Below the pieces are notes generated by a model, which made no database searches, had not been told where the DNA came from, and saw only the letters and a program-made list of their open reading frames with translations. A stretch of 64,000 bases of DNA from a virus: positions 64,001 to 128,000 of the IMG/VR virus record IMGVR_UViG_3300036987_000083; one strand, 5' to 3'. Of the stretch, positions 46,664 to 56,764 are shown in pieces; positions within the stretch are counted from its first letter, which is position 1, and each line of letters begins with the position of its first letter. A program made the position numbers and the translations under genes.

Positions 46664-48586
46664 TTGGGATTCGTAGCAAATACAGCAAGCCGAATCAGGC
46701 AGTTCTTCCGCCAAGATAAGGAGCAATTGCCGCTCCGCATGGCGAAAGGAACCACTCCGTCGGCCCCGGCATCTGCCGGGTACGACATGCTCCAAGCTTA
46801 CGGACAAGACGTGCTCTCAGATTACTTGAGACTAGAGCATGATTTGTTGTCACGATACGTAGACTACGAGGAGATGGACGACTACCCAGAAATCAGCACG
46901 GCGCTCGACATATTTTCTGATGATTCTAGCCAACCCGAGACACAGATAAACCGAACTGTTTGGGTCGAGTCTCCTGACGAGAGCGTCCAACGTGTCTTGG
47001 ACGACTTGCTCCACAAAAATCTTCGTATTGATGAGGAAATCTGGGAGATCGCGCGTACGCTGGTTAAGTACGGGAATGACTGCGAAGAGATTTTGGTAAC
47101 AGAAAATGGGGTGGAAGGACTTAACTTTCTACCGCCCCCCACCGTGCGGCGCATTGAGGGCCCTCGGGGGGAGTTGTTTGGGTTCATCCAGGACTTCAAG
47201 GGCAAATTTGGGTACGGGCCTCAGGAATTTCAGCAAATACTCACTCAGCGCATGTCCACCCCCTTGGGCCGTGCTGGTGTTCCTGATAAAAATGCCACCT
47301 CTGCCAATGATGGCCGCGTAGCCGCCCTAGAGGACTGGGAGGTCGTTCACTTCCGGCTACGTGGAAAGCACCGTAGGTCTCTCTACGGGTACTCTGTTCT
47401 TGAGTCTGCAAGATGGATTTGGAAGCGCCTCATGATGTTAGAAGATGCGGCGCTAATCTACCGCCTTCAGCGTGCTCCAGAACGTTACGCGTTTTACGTA
47501 GACGTAGGGGATTTGCCCCCTGCGGAGGCTTTGGCTTTTGTAAATCGGGTTCGCCAGGGCCACAAGAAGACCAAGTACTTCAACCCTGTCTCAGGGAAAC
47601 TCGACTTAAAGTTTAACCCAATCGCACAGGACGAGGATTTTTTCGTCCCGAGTCGGAAGGGCCAGGATGGCACCCGCATTGATGTGCTGGGTGCGCCCTC
47701 GTGGCAGCACATGGATGACGTGGAGTACTTTCGTAGCAAGCTGTTTGCGGCTTTGAAAGTACCCAAGGCGTACATGGGCCAAGAGGAGGGGGTTGCGCGC
47801 GCTGTCTTGTCCTCGGAGGACGTGCGATTCGCGCGTACGGTCCTCAGGGTACAGCGCGAGATACGAAACGGACTCGCTAAAGTTTGTCGCATCCACTTGG
47901 CAGCACTGAACATTGATCCCTACCAAGTGGATTACGAAATTCGTATGACGGTGCCCTCCTCTATTTTCGAGCTGGCCCAGCTTGAGGTACGTAATGCTCG
48001 CGCAGACCTTGCTGGGCGCATGGGGCAGTTTGTGTCGTTGCATTGGACACTGGAAAACGTGTTCGGGTTTAACGACCACGACATCGAACTGATTATTGAG
48101 CAGCAGCAGGATGACGCGATTCGAATCGCCTTGAATCAGGCCAAGGCCGAAATGGCAGTTCAAAAGTTCCAACAGGAGAGCATGCCTGCCCCACCTGCGG
48201 GTGCGCCTGGCGCCGCTCAAGCACCCCAAGCCCCTCCGGAGAGTCCCCCGGGGCCGGAGCAGCCGCCTATCGACGGGGTTCAACCTGCGGAGGACCAGAC
48301 GCCTCAGGTCCCGGAGCCCGAGCCCGAGCCCGTAGCTCCAGCAACCAATGCCCAGAAGCTTACAGCGTTCCGAGCCAAGAAGTACCCGCTTAACCAGAGC
48401 CGAAGAAACTTTCAGCGCGGCGTCATCACGGAAGAAGAATTGTTTGCTGGGGCCCATCGGGAGAACGAAAAGAAAGCCATGGGTAAGCTGGAACAGTTGC
48501 TCAAAAACGATAAGGTGCTGGCAAACCGCCTCCTCGAAATTCGAGCATTATTAGACGATGTCCGCTCAATCCGAGGCGGCAAGTGA
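46664..48586 (+). CDS. gp20: portal protein, T4 gp20-like (640 aa)
   Basis: EDAALIYRLQRAPERYAFYVDVG, EDFFVP, YFRSKLFAALKVPKAY motifs; TTG start with GAGG SD. Confidence 0.93.
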   Translation: MGFVANTASRIRQFFRQDKEQLPLRMAKGTTPSAPASAGYDMLQAYGQDVLSDYLRLEHDLLSRYVDYEEMDDYPEISTALDIFSDDSSQPETQINRTVWVESPDESVQRVLDDLLHKNLRIDEEIWEIARTLVKYGNDCEEILVTENGVEGLNFLPPPTVRRIEGPRGELFGFIQDFKGKFGYGPQEFQQILTQRMSTPLGRAGVPDKNATSANDGRVAALEDWEVVHFRLRGKHRRSLYGYSVLESARWIWKRLMMLEDAALIYRLQRAPERYAFYVDVGDLPPAEALAFVNRVRQGHKKTKYFNPVSGKLDLKFNPIAQDEDFFVPSRKGQDGTRIDVLGAPSWQHMDDVEYFRSKLFAALKVPKAYMGQEEGVARAVLSSEDVRFARTVLRVQREIRNGLAKVCRIHLAALNIDPYQVDYEIRMTVPSSIFELAQLEVRNARADLAGRMGQFVSLHWTLENVFGFNDHDIELIIEQQQDDAIRIALNQAKAEMAVQKFQQESMPAPPAGAPGAAQAPQAPPESPPGPEQPPIDGVQPAEDQTPQVPEPEPEPVAPATNAQKLTAFRAKKYPLNQSRRNFQRGVITEEELFAGAHRENEKKAMGKLEQLLKNDKVLANRLLEIRALLDDVRSIRGGK

Positions 48587-48668
48587 CGTGATTTTCAGTC
48601 AATACCTTGACAGCCTAGCTGACACACCTGTAGATTTCACTCCGCCCGTAACAAGGAGTAATACCCCC

Positions 48669-49601
48669 GTGCCTACTCACTTTGTCCCAACGGAAGAAAT
48701 TCAGAAACTGACTGTTGGCAGCTACGAGCACCTCGCGTCCAAGTTGGATGAGGCTCTTTCCCGGGACGCTGCAAAGATTTTTGGGGATTCAATCCCGAAC
48801 AAGATTGAACGCATTGGAACCTTCGCGGAGCATGTGCTTGTTGCCGCTGATGACGGGCGCTTCCTGAAGGTGCGGTACGAGCGCGCAACTGGTGGTACCA
48901 TTAAGTTGGTGGGCTCGGAACCTCTCGAAGTTCAACTATACAACGAGTCCAATTTGGGTAGCTACCTTGAGAAAGAGGCGAGGACCATCGTGGAGTCCTT
49001 GCTGGCTCATGACGTCCCCCAGGCGGAGTTAAAGCTCCGGGCGTTAGTGCCTTTCGTAGAAGAGGCGGCGCCACTTACGGACGAGCAGGTGGTCGCGTCA
49101 GCCGTCGAGAGTATGCGGGCCGAGAGGCCGTGGAAACGGTTGTATCGCGAGCGGGCTGAGCAGGTTAAAGACTTCCTCGGGGAACAGCTCAAGGGGATTG
49201 AAGCACGAAAACTCCCACCCAAGTTTGCTAAGCTGAGCGACGGGCAAGTCCCGGAGGCCCAGCATGAGGGCTACAAGGAGCTGGTTCACGACGACTTGGT
49301 CTATATGGCAGAGGCGCTCAAGGGCTGGTTCCAATCCTTGGAATCGATTGAGCGTCTTAAGGCTGTAGACACCGCGAACGAGGAAGAACGTGCTGTGAAG
49401 ACAACTTTCTTGGCGTTTGCAGAGGACTTGCGCCAAGATATTCAAAACGTACGAGACTCCGTATTGGAGTCCCTTAATCTCGTCGGTTCTGTGGCACAGC
49501 TCGGAGTACTGTACGATGCTTTGGTCGAAGAAGCCTTCCATTATGAAGTTGCAAGCTGCTTTGCCTCGACGATGATTACGGAACTTCACGGTTCTAAGTA
49601 A
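48669..49601 (+). CDS. hypothetical head-module protein (310 aa; start uncertain)
   Basis: AAGGAG SD before GTG; between portal and core genes. Confidence 0.65.
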   Translation: MPTHFVPTEEIQKLTVGSYEHLASKLDEALSRDAAKIFGDSIPNKIERIGTFAEHVLVAADDGRFLKVRYERATGGTIKLVGSEPLEVQLYNESNLGSYLEKEARTIVESLLAHDVPQAELKLRALVPFVEEAAPLTDEQVVASAVESMRAERPWKRLYRERAEQVKDFLGEQLKGIEARKLPPKFAKLSDGQVPEAQHEGYKELVHDDLVYMAEALKGWFQSLESIERLKAVDTANEEERAVKTTFLAFAEDLRQDIQNVRDSVLESLNLVGSVAQLGVLYDALVEEAFHYEVASCFASTMITELHGSK

Positions 49602-49620
49602 CCTTTCTGGAGATACACAC

Positions 49621-50577
49621 ATGAGCACGAAGTTCCAAGTAGGGTCTATTGAAGAAGACTTTAAGCGCATCGGTATAATTCCGACCGTGGTTGCGGAGTC
49701 TTCCCCTGTGGAGTCTCCCCCTACGGAAGAGCTTGTAACCGAGCCCACGGATGCGCCGGTCGCACCGACCGCCACGGAAGGCTTAAAGCTTTTGCGTAAG
49801 AAGCGCCCATCCGCGAAGTTACGTCTTAAGCGCCGCAAGCAGAAAATGCTGCGTAGACGTAACAAAAGCAAGCTGAAGCTAAAGGCCCTCAAGTTTCGTA
49901 GAAGCGCGAAGGGCAAGCGTTTTGCGCAGAAGTACAAGCGTGTGTTGAAGCGGTTTCACGGTAGCGCGCCCAAGGGCAGGAGGATTTCCTTGAAGATGGG
50001 TCTAGACAGGGTTGCCGGAATGCTTGAGGACGTGCAGGAAATTGTCTCCGCTTTGGACACTGCCGCACACCAGGAAACCGTCAAGTCCTTCGCAAACCTT
50101 GCTATTATTTCCAGCAAGCTTGCGGAGAACTACGCATGCGCGTGTCGCAACCTTGAAGTAGTAGACGAGAACGAAAACGAGATTGACCTTTGTGGGGGCG
50201 CAGAGCACTTCGAAGCGCTTGCAGACAGCGCGGCCAACTTGGCAGAAGCGCTTCAGGCCTCCATACAGGAGGGTACAGAATTCGAGGGTACCACTGAAGA
50301 GGTTGCGGATACGTTCTCAGTAATGCTGAAGGATGTGCTTGAAGGCCTGGAGTTATTTGCTGACCTCTCCGAAGAGGATGTTACGGGAAATCCCGAGGGA
50401 GTAGCTGAGGCCCTTAGCGCCAGTTCCTCGTCCGATAGCGAAGAAGACTGCGAAGATTGCGAAGATTGCGAAGACTGCGATACCGATTCCGACGATTCCG
50501 ACGATTCCGACGATTCCGACGATTCCGACGAGAAGAGCGATAAGGACGGTAAGACGAAGGTCCGCCCTACCAAGTAG
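49621..50577 (+). CDS. prohead core protein-like (basic Lys/Arg block, acidic tail; 318 aa)
   Basis: KRRKQKMLRRRNKSKLK block resembling T4 gp68; position before protease. Confidence 0.55.
   Translation: MSTKFQVGSIEEDFKRIGIIPTVVAESSPVESPPTEELVTEPTDAPVAPTATEGLKLLRKKRPSAKLRLKRRKQKMLRRRNKSKLKLKALKFRRSAKGKRFAQKYKRVLKRFHGSAPKGRRISLKMGLDRVAGMLEDVQEIVSALDTAAHQETVKSFANLAIISSKLAENYACACRNLEVVDENENEIDLCGGAEHFEALADSAANLAEALQASIQEGTEFEGTTEEVADTFSVMLKDVLEGLELFADLSEEDVTGNPEGVAEALSASSSSDSEEDCEDCEDCEDCDTDSDDSDDSDDSDDSDEKSDKDGKTKVRPTK
50441..50530 (+). repeat. acidic coding microsatellites (GAAGATTGC)n and (GACGATTCC)n
   Basis: Encodes EDCEDCEDC..DDSDDSDDS. Confidence 0.85.
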
Positions 50578-50758
50578 CGCCAGCACAACAGCAGGAAGCT
50601 TGGCGCTTTCGTCGTAACGCTTATAGCAGCGGACGTAAAGAGACAATTGGGTTGGAAGTCAATCCATTCAAACCAAAACGGAAAGTTCGAAATACCTCGA
50701 AATCAGTGCTTGCAAATACTGACATGAAAGGTACATTTCGTTGGAAAAGGTACTGAGA

Positions 50759-52357
50759 ATGACCCAGCCTCTACAGACCCCCTCTGTAATCCCGTCGGTA
50801 ACCTCGGCTGCTCCGTTACTGGAGCATGCTGGGCGCCTTCTAACCGAAACACGCACTGTTAAGCTCAGTCTTGTTGAAGACACAGAGAAGACGGGAAAGG
50901 TCTTCGTCCGTGGCGAGTTCGGACGCGCAGACCTCGCGACAGAGAATAAGCGTGTGTACCCAAAGAAACTTTGGGAGCGCGAGTTTACCCGCTTGGAGCA
51001 GAGTCTTAACGCCCGACAGATGTTTGGGGAACTAGATCACCCGACAGACGGCCGTACGTCGTTGAATCGCGTCTCCCACATCATCACTAATTTAACCTTG
51101 GACGATAACAACATCGTCGTAGGAGAAGCCGAGATTCTGGATACCGAGCGTGGCAAGAATTTGATGGCCATGCTTAAGGCGGGATGCAGTGTAGGCGTTA
51201 GCTCCAGGGGTTATGGGTCTACCAAGCCAAATGATAAGGGCGAAGAAGTTGTCCAAGAGGACTATCGCTTGGTAACCTACGACTTTGTAGCAGAGCCTGC
51301 AGATTCCAATGCACTACCTAAGGTATTTTTTGAGGAGAATCAGCACATGGCCGGACCAGAGCTTGATGCAAAATTGAGCGAGGAGAAAGCTAAGCTCAAG
51401 GAGGAGTTTGCCAAGGAGCTGGTACTGGCACTCGGAAAAGTTAAGGTTGAGGCTCGGGAGCAAGCCAAGGCGGAGCTACTGGCAGACCCCGACATCGCTG
51501 GGGCCAAGAGCGCATTAGACCAGATTCTCTCCTTGGTAAAGCCGTTCGTCACGGTAGAGTCTGCCGAAGCTCTTGTTAAAGCCAAGGACGCGGAAATTGC
51601 AAAACTGCAGAGTGTCATTGCAGAGCGCGATGCCCAGATTGCGGAACTAGAGCAGGATGGGGCCAAGTTGGCTGAAACTGCTCGGGAAGTCGGCTACAAG
51701 TTCTTCCTGGAGCAGCAAGTGTCGAATGACGCAGATGCTGCCCTCATTAGGAAGCTTGTGGGGGACGTAAAGGGCTACGGCAAGGCCGAAGACATTAAGA
51801 CTAAGATTGAGGCTATTCGAGCCGAGCTAGATAGTAAGCGCCAAGAGCAGGCTGCGCTTGCCGCAGAAATCCGCGCTCAAGTGGAAAAGGCTGCCGCCGT
51901 CGAACAACAGGCGACCCAGCGGGCCAAGGTCGAGGCACAGCGTGCGCAGGTTGAGGCGAAGAAAGCCCAGGCAGAAACTGAACTGCTCAAGGAAGCCCTT
52001 GAGAAGGCAGTTGAAGGCCAAAAGGATATGGCGCTTCGACTCTATGTGGAAAAGCGACTTGCAAATCATCCAAAGGCCGGTAAAGTTCGGTCATTGATTG
52101 AATCTTCACACCCCACGTCGAAAGCTGACGTGGATGGAATCCTCAACTCCTATAGCCACGAACCGGCACGGGACACTGACACGCTTGAGCAGGTCAGGGC
52201 TCGGGTCCGGAAAGTAACTAGAGGGGGTACGGGATCTACAGCGCTCGACGAGGAGGCCCCAGCGGCTAGCGTTGTAGGGAAGCAAGGAGTAGACTTCGCA
52301 GGATTAGGCGTTTCAATTGGTGATTTACAGCGTCTTTCCGGCATCGACCGGAAGTAA
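50759..52357 (+). CDS. gp21: prohead protease (gp21-like) fused to coiled-coil scaffold (532 aa)
   Basis: GELDHP, VGVSSRG.GS, TYDFVAEPA motifs; helical C-terminal half. Confidence 0.9.
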   Translation: MTQPLQTPSVIPSVTSAAPLLEHAGRLLTETRTVKLSLVEDTEKTGKVFVRGEFGRADLATENKRVYPKKLWEREFTRLEQSLNARQMFGELDHPTDGRTSLNRVSHIITNLTLDDNNIVVGEAEILDTERGKNLMAMLKAGCSVGVSSRGYGSTKPNDKGEEVVQEDYRLVTYDFVAEPADSNALPKVFFEENQHMAGPELDAKLSEEKAKLKEEFAKELVLALGKVKVEAREQAKAELLADPDIAGAKSALDQILSLVKPFVTVESAEALVKAKDAEIAKLQSVIAERDAQIAELEQDGAKLAETAREVGYKFFLEQQVSNDADAALIRKLVGDVKGYGKAEDIKTKIEAIRAELDSKRQEQAALAAEIRAQVEKAAAVEQQATQRAKVEAQRAQVEAKKAQAETELLKEALEKAVEGQKDMALRLYVEKRLANHPKAGKVRSLIESSHPTSKADVDGILNSYSHEPARDTDTLEQVRARVRKVTRGGTGSTALDEEAPAASVVGKQGVDFAGLGVSIGDLQRLSGIDRK

Positions 52358-52384
52358 TACAACAACACCCCCTAGGAGCACAAA

Positions 52385-53887
52385 ATGAGTGTCGAAGCAC
52401 GTAAGATGGTAAATGAAGACTCGCGCGGCACGATTGAGGACAAGACCCTCGTCGGCGCGCTAGTGAGGAAGTGGGAGCCGATGCTGGAAGGCATCGCAAA
52501 TCGTACCACCCAAGACAAGTATACCGTCGGTGTGACGGCAATGCTGATGGAGAATCAGTCTCAGTATCTCCAGAACCTGAATGAAGAGACCAAGACGGTG
52601 AACGTGGGTAGCTTTACCAAGTTCATCTTCCCAGTCCTTCGTCGGGTGTTCCCGAACCTCATCGCAAACGAGATTGTTTCCGTTCAGCCGATGACTGCAC
52701 CTGTTGGCGCTGTGTTCTTCCTCGATTATGTGTACGGGACGAACAAGGGCGGCACGAACGCAGGTAACGTGTTCCCTCGTGATTTCGACAGGGACTACTC
52801 GGGCGAGTTTATCAACGGCGAGCAACTTGCCACTGGTGACGGCGCGGCATTCAGCGGTGGTGGTGCGTTCCTGAACGTAACGACGGGCTTTAACCCGGTT
52901 CGCCCCCTGGACACGAGCCGTGGTTTCTCGCTCATTGTCCGCGAGGTTAACAAGACCACGGGCGCTACTGTGCAGCAGGCTGTAGATAACGGCACAGGCG
53001 GGTTCACGGGTGCAGCATCAGGTACGGTTAACTACTCTTCGGGTGCCATTGACGGCTTCAAGTTCAACGCAATCCCGGCGGTAGGCAACCCGATCAAGGC
53101 GTTCTACTTCTACGACGGCGAAATGTCGAACAAGGTGCCACAGATCCAGCTCGACGTGAAGAAGGCTGCCGTTGAGGCCACGCCGCGCCGCCTGAAGGCT
53201 CTCTGGTCGTCGGAAGCCGCTGAAGACCTCCGTGCGTTCCACGGCCTCGACGCAGAGACTGAGATTGTCTCTGCCGTGGCTCAGGAAATCGCGCTGGAGA
53301 TTGACCGCGAAATCATCCAGTCGCTGTTCGCAGCGTCCACTGGTACCACGGCCACCTTCGACCGTATCCCCCCGGCCGGTATCGCCGAGATGGACCACCT
53401 TCGCTCGATGATTACCCAAATCTCGACTGTTTCAAATCTGATTCACAAGAAGACGCTTCGTGCGCCAGCGAACTTCATTGTGACCAGTCCCGAGGTCTCG
53501 GCACTGTTCGCGCAGCTCACCACGCATGGTGACTTCCGCGCGTCGTTCCAGAGCAGCGGCGAGATGTACGGCGGCAGCATGGATATGCCCCGCCAGAACG
53601 CGGGCGTTCCCCAGGGCCAGTTCGGTATCTACAAGGTCGGCACCCTGATGAATAAGTGGCAGGTTTACGAGGATCCCTTCTTCTCGCGTGACCAGATGCT
53701 CATTGGTCTCAAGGGCAGCAGCTACCTCGATGCCGGTTACGTGTGGGCTCCGTACATCCCGCTTCAGGTTACCCCGACGTTCCTGGATCCTGCGGACTTC
53801 TCGTTCCGCAAGGGTCTCCGTACCCGTTACGCAACGAAGCTGCTGCGTTCGGAGTACTACGGCCAGGTGCGGGTCACAAATCTTTGA
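52385..53887 (+). CDS. gp23: major capsid protein, T4 gp23-like (500 aa)
   Basis: SVQPMTAPVGAVF, EIALEIDREI, YVWAPYIPL, KGLRTRYA. Confidence 0.95.
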   Translation: MSVEARKMVNEDSRGTIEDKTLVGALVRKWEPMLEGIANRTTQDKYTVGVTAMLMENQSQYLQNLNEETKTVNVGSFTKFIFPVLRRVFPNLIANEIVSVQPMTAPVGAVFFLDYVYGTNKGGTNAGNVFPRDFDRDYSGEFINGEQLATGDGAAFSGGGAFLNVTTGFNPVRPLDTSRGFSLIVREVNKTTGATVQQAVDNGTGGFTGAASGTVNYSSGAIDGFKFNAIPAVGNPIKAFYFYDGEMSNKVPQIQLDVKKAAVEATPRRLKALWSSEAAEDLRAFHGLDAETEIVSAVAQEIALEIDREIIQSLFAASTGTTATFDRIPPAGIAEMDHLRSMITQISTVSNLIHKKTLRAPANFIVTSPEVSALFAQLTTHGDFRASFQSSGEMYGGSMDMPRQNAGVPQGQFGIYKVGTLMNKWQVYEDPFFSRDQMLIGLKGSSYLDAGYVWAPYIPLQVTPTFLDPADFSFRKGLRTRYATKLLRSEYYGQVRVTNL

Positions 53888-53965
53888 CCGGACCCTAGTA
53901 CTCAGCAACTAGCTATGGTACGACTCGGCCCGTCAACCATTTCGGTTGGCGGGCCGAGGTCTTTT

Positions 53966-54906
53966 ATGGGCACTCAACACGCGAAGAAGCGCAAGTACAC
54001 GACTCCCGAAGAGCAGGTGGCTTTGGTGGCCGAATACCAAGATGGGGCGACCCAAACTGCGCTTGCCGAGAAGTACGGGATTACTCAAAACGCGGTCAGC
54101 AAGCTGCTGCAGCGCCTGGGCGTGAAGGCTCGCACTCAGACCGAGGCACAACCACCGACATTCGATGTGGCGGAGGCAGCGCGGCTTTGGGCGGAAGAGA
54201 AGCGCACTACCTACGAGATTGCGACACTGCTCGGGGTGTCTCAGTCGGTAGTGGGGTCACACCTGCTGCGTGCGGGCATCTCCAAGAGCAAGGGACGGGG
54301 CCAGCGCTATCGCCATTTTGACCGAGAGTTCTTCACGAAGGTCACGCACGAGTCTGCGTATTTTGCGGGGTTCGTTGCGGCCGACGGATGTGTCCATGGG
54401 GAGAACGACACCGTGTCCTTCGGGCTGCACCCGAACGACCGTGTCGTGCTGGAGAACTTGAGGGCGGCGGCAAAGCTGGAGCAGCCGATTACCGAGCGGA
54501 ACAACAACTTCGGCAAGCCCTATGTCTGGATGAGTGTGACTTCCCAGAGTGGGTTGAGTCCCTGGAGCGTATCTATAAAATTACGCCCAAGAAGTCCTTG
54601 ACGCTCCAGCCGCCAACCGAGCTGGGCTGGGAGTACGTGTGGTCCTATGTTCGGGGCTACTTTGATGGTGACGGCCATGCGACGAAAGATGGGAAGGGCG
54701 TGCAGATTACTTGCGGGTCATTGCCCTTTATTACTTGGGTTATTCTGGACCTGTTTCGTTCGCACCACAAGATATACGAGCACCCCAAGTACGAGCGCGC
54801 TGACGGTACATCGGCACCCACGTATGGCTGCTACGTATCGGAGAAAACCCGTCTGAAGTACCGAGAGAAGAAAGTCGCAGCCGCGCAGAAGGAACCGCTG
54901 GGCTAG
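53966..54906 (+). pseudogene. HTH-LAGLIDADG homing endonuclease split by a 1-nt frameshift near 54543
   Basis: YFAGFVAADG in frame 1; YVRGYFDGDG in frame 2; junction ACT TCC CAG AG. Confidence 0.8.
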
Positions 54907-55028
54907 CGTGTTGCCCCTGAGAAGTTCAGTCAGCGGAATTAGGACTACACAGCCGGGCTAAAAGTACAGTAGAGTCTGGCTGATAGAATTTGAATGTGCT
55001 AAAAGCATATAGTCCTACCAGGAGCCCC

Positions 55029-55688
55029 ATGCGCGCACTGCTTCGTGAGTTACAGGCCTCAATGCACCCAGAGAATTCTGAGACCCAGGAGGGGGTTTGG
55101 GGTGGGATTAAGAAAGCGGCGGGCAAGGTGGCCAGTGTGGCAGACACTGCCGTTAGCGCAGTTCCGGTGGTTGGAACTGCCTATGACGCAGGAGTCGGAC
55201 TGTATAAGGCGGGTAGAACGCTTCAACACGGAACAACAGCGCTGAGGAAATGGGCAACTGGCGACAAGCAAGGAGCCGCAGCCTCAGCTCAAAAGGCCAA
55301 GGAGGCTGGCGTAGATACCTTGGGCCGCGCCGCAGGCGTTGGTGCTTCCGTGCTGGCTCCGGGCGTGGGAGGTGCCGCCGCTAGTCTGGCTACAAAGGTA
55401 GCTGCAAAGCCCCTCGTTAAGGCTGCTGTAAGCGGCGCCGTGAAGCCTGTTCTGAAGAGCGCGGCAAGAGCTGGAACTGCTGTTGCGCAGAATGCGATTA
55501 AAAAGAAGCCCAAAATCTCGCCCGCAGTGCCGCCCACGCCCCCTCTTGTGCCCGCCAAGCAGAGCGAGTCTGTGCTGTTCCAATCAGTCCGGGCGCTGGT
55601 GGAATTTAGAAGCTTGGTAGGTCTACCTATTACGCAGGAGCACCGAGCGCAACTAGAGGCAGAAGAGTCACTTGACGCAGGAAGTTAA
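55029..55688 (+). CDS. Gly/Ala-rich putative internal/ejection protein (219 aa)
   Basis: AGGAG SD; ..QE/GVWGG..AVPVVGTAYD hydrophobic helices. Confidence 0.65.
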   Translation: MRALLRELQASMHPENSETQEGVWGGIKKAAGKVASVADTAVSAVPVVGTAYDAGVGLYKAGRTLQHGTTALRKWATGDKQGAAASAQKAKEAGVDTLGRAAGVGASVLAPGVGGAAASLATKVAAKPLVKAAVSGAVKPVLKSAARAGTAVAQNAIKKKPKISPAVPPTPPLVPAKQSESVLFQSVRALVEFRSLVGLPITQEHRAQLEAEESLDAGS

Positions 55689-55691
55689 CTA

Positions 55692-55707
55692 GCGACCATA
55701 TGGTCGC
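55692..55707. repeat. perfect palindrome GCGACCATATGGTCGC
   Basis: Intergenic, 3 nt after a stop codon. Confidence 0.9.
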
Positions 55708-55722
55708 GCTGAGAGGACGAGG

Positions 55723-56283
55723 ATGAGCAAAGCATCGGACATTTTGAGGGAGTTGGAGGACATTGGTGCGGTGGGCGACAAAGTACAGGAAGTGGTGGTT
55801 CGCCGTTTAGTCCCCGTCCCGACCCTCCCTGTTGCTGAAGAAAGCATGCCTTCGGCTGCGGTCGCTTCGCTGTCACCGAGCGGGTTGCTTGCCGGATTTG
55901 GCGATCAGCTCTCCTCCTTGGAGCAGGCACTGCAAGGCATGCTGAATTGGTGTGCAGGCGCTCGTGAGCTGGCGCAGGAGTATGAGCAGGTAGAGACCGG
56001 CGTGGAGGAGTGCGCGGAACCAGAAGAATCAGAAGAATCAGAAGAATCAGCAGAGTCGGCAACCGAGACTGACTCCGAGGAAGGCGAGGAGGAGGAGGAG
56101 GAGGAGGAGGAGGCAGACGCTTCGGTTGAAGTAGAAGCTGCAGAGGCGGGGGCTACGATAGCAACTCCCGCGAAGCCTAAGTACACCAAGGAGGAGCTTA
56201 AGCGGCTCTTTTTGGATCCAACGTTCGAATCTAAAGAAGTTCAGGCAACGCCACCTTCTGTGGCAGAGGTTTCCCATGAGTAA
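55723..56283 (+). CDS. acidic low-complexity protein (186 aa)
   Basis: GAGG SD; poly-Glu tract. Confidence 0.7.
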   Translation: MSKASDILRELEDIGAVGDKVQEVVVRRLVPVPTLPVAEESMPSAAVASLSPSGLLAGFGDQLSSLEQALQGMLNWCAGARELAQEYEQVETGVEECAEPEESEESEESAESATETDSEEGEEEEEEEEEADASVEVEAAEAGATIATPAKPKYTKEELKRLFLDPTFESKEVQATPPSVAEVSHE

Positions 56284-56761
56284 CTACAAGCTGAAGCCGG
56301 GGCTGACGTCCGTATTTCTTCCTGGTGCTGGAAAAGTGACCACAAAAACAGTGCTAACAGGGGAGCAGTACCAACGATTTGTTCCCCAGTTCCTAGTGGA
56401 GGCGCCTGAGACCAGCCCCGTAACGGGGGGAGCTGTTTCACCCCCTCCTGTTGCGGTCCCCACGCTTACGCCCGCTGTCGCACCAGTTCCCGTCGCAGAG
56501 GCGACCCCCGAGCGCACGCCAGAGCTTGTTGTTGTTACCGCGCCGGAAGCTGATGCGGCTCCTGAACCGGTGTCAGAGCCTGTGGTTGCGCCTTCTCCAA
56601 TTACGGAGACTCTCCCCGAGCCAGTAGTGCCAGAAGTACTTCAAGAAGTAGTCCCTGCCCCTGCGGCTGTTCTAGATTCGCCAGAGGTCTCGGCAACCGC
56701 TATTGTAGGGGGGACTCCTTCAGCACCAGTTCGTCCCGCAGAGAGGAAAAAGAGGAGGTAA
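56276..56761 (+). CDS. Pro/Val/Glu-rich protein (161 aa)
   Basis: Coupled ORF. Confidence 0.65.
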   Translation: MSNYKLKPGLTSVFLPGAGKVTTKTVLTGEQYQRFVPQFLVEAPETSPVTGGAVSPPPVAVPTLTPAVAPVPVAEATPERTPELVVVTAPEADAAPEPVSEPVVAPSPITETLPEPVVPEVLQEVVPAPAAVLDSPEVSATAIVGGTPSAPVRPAERKKRR

Positions 56762-56764
56762 CCA

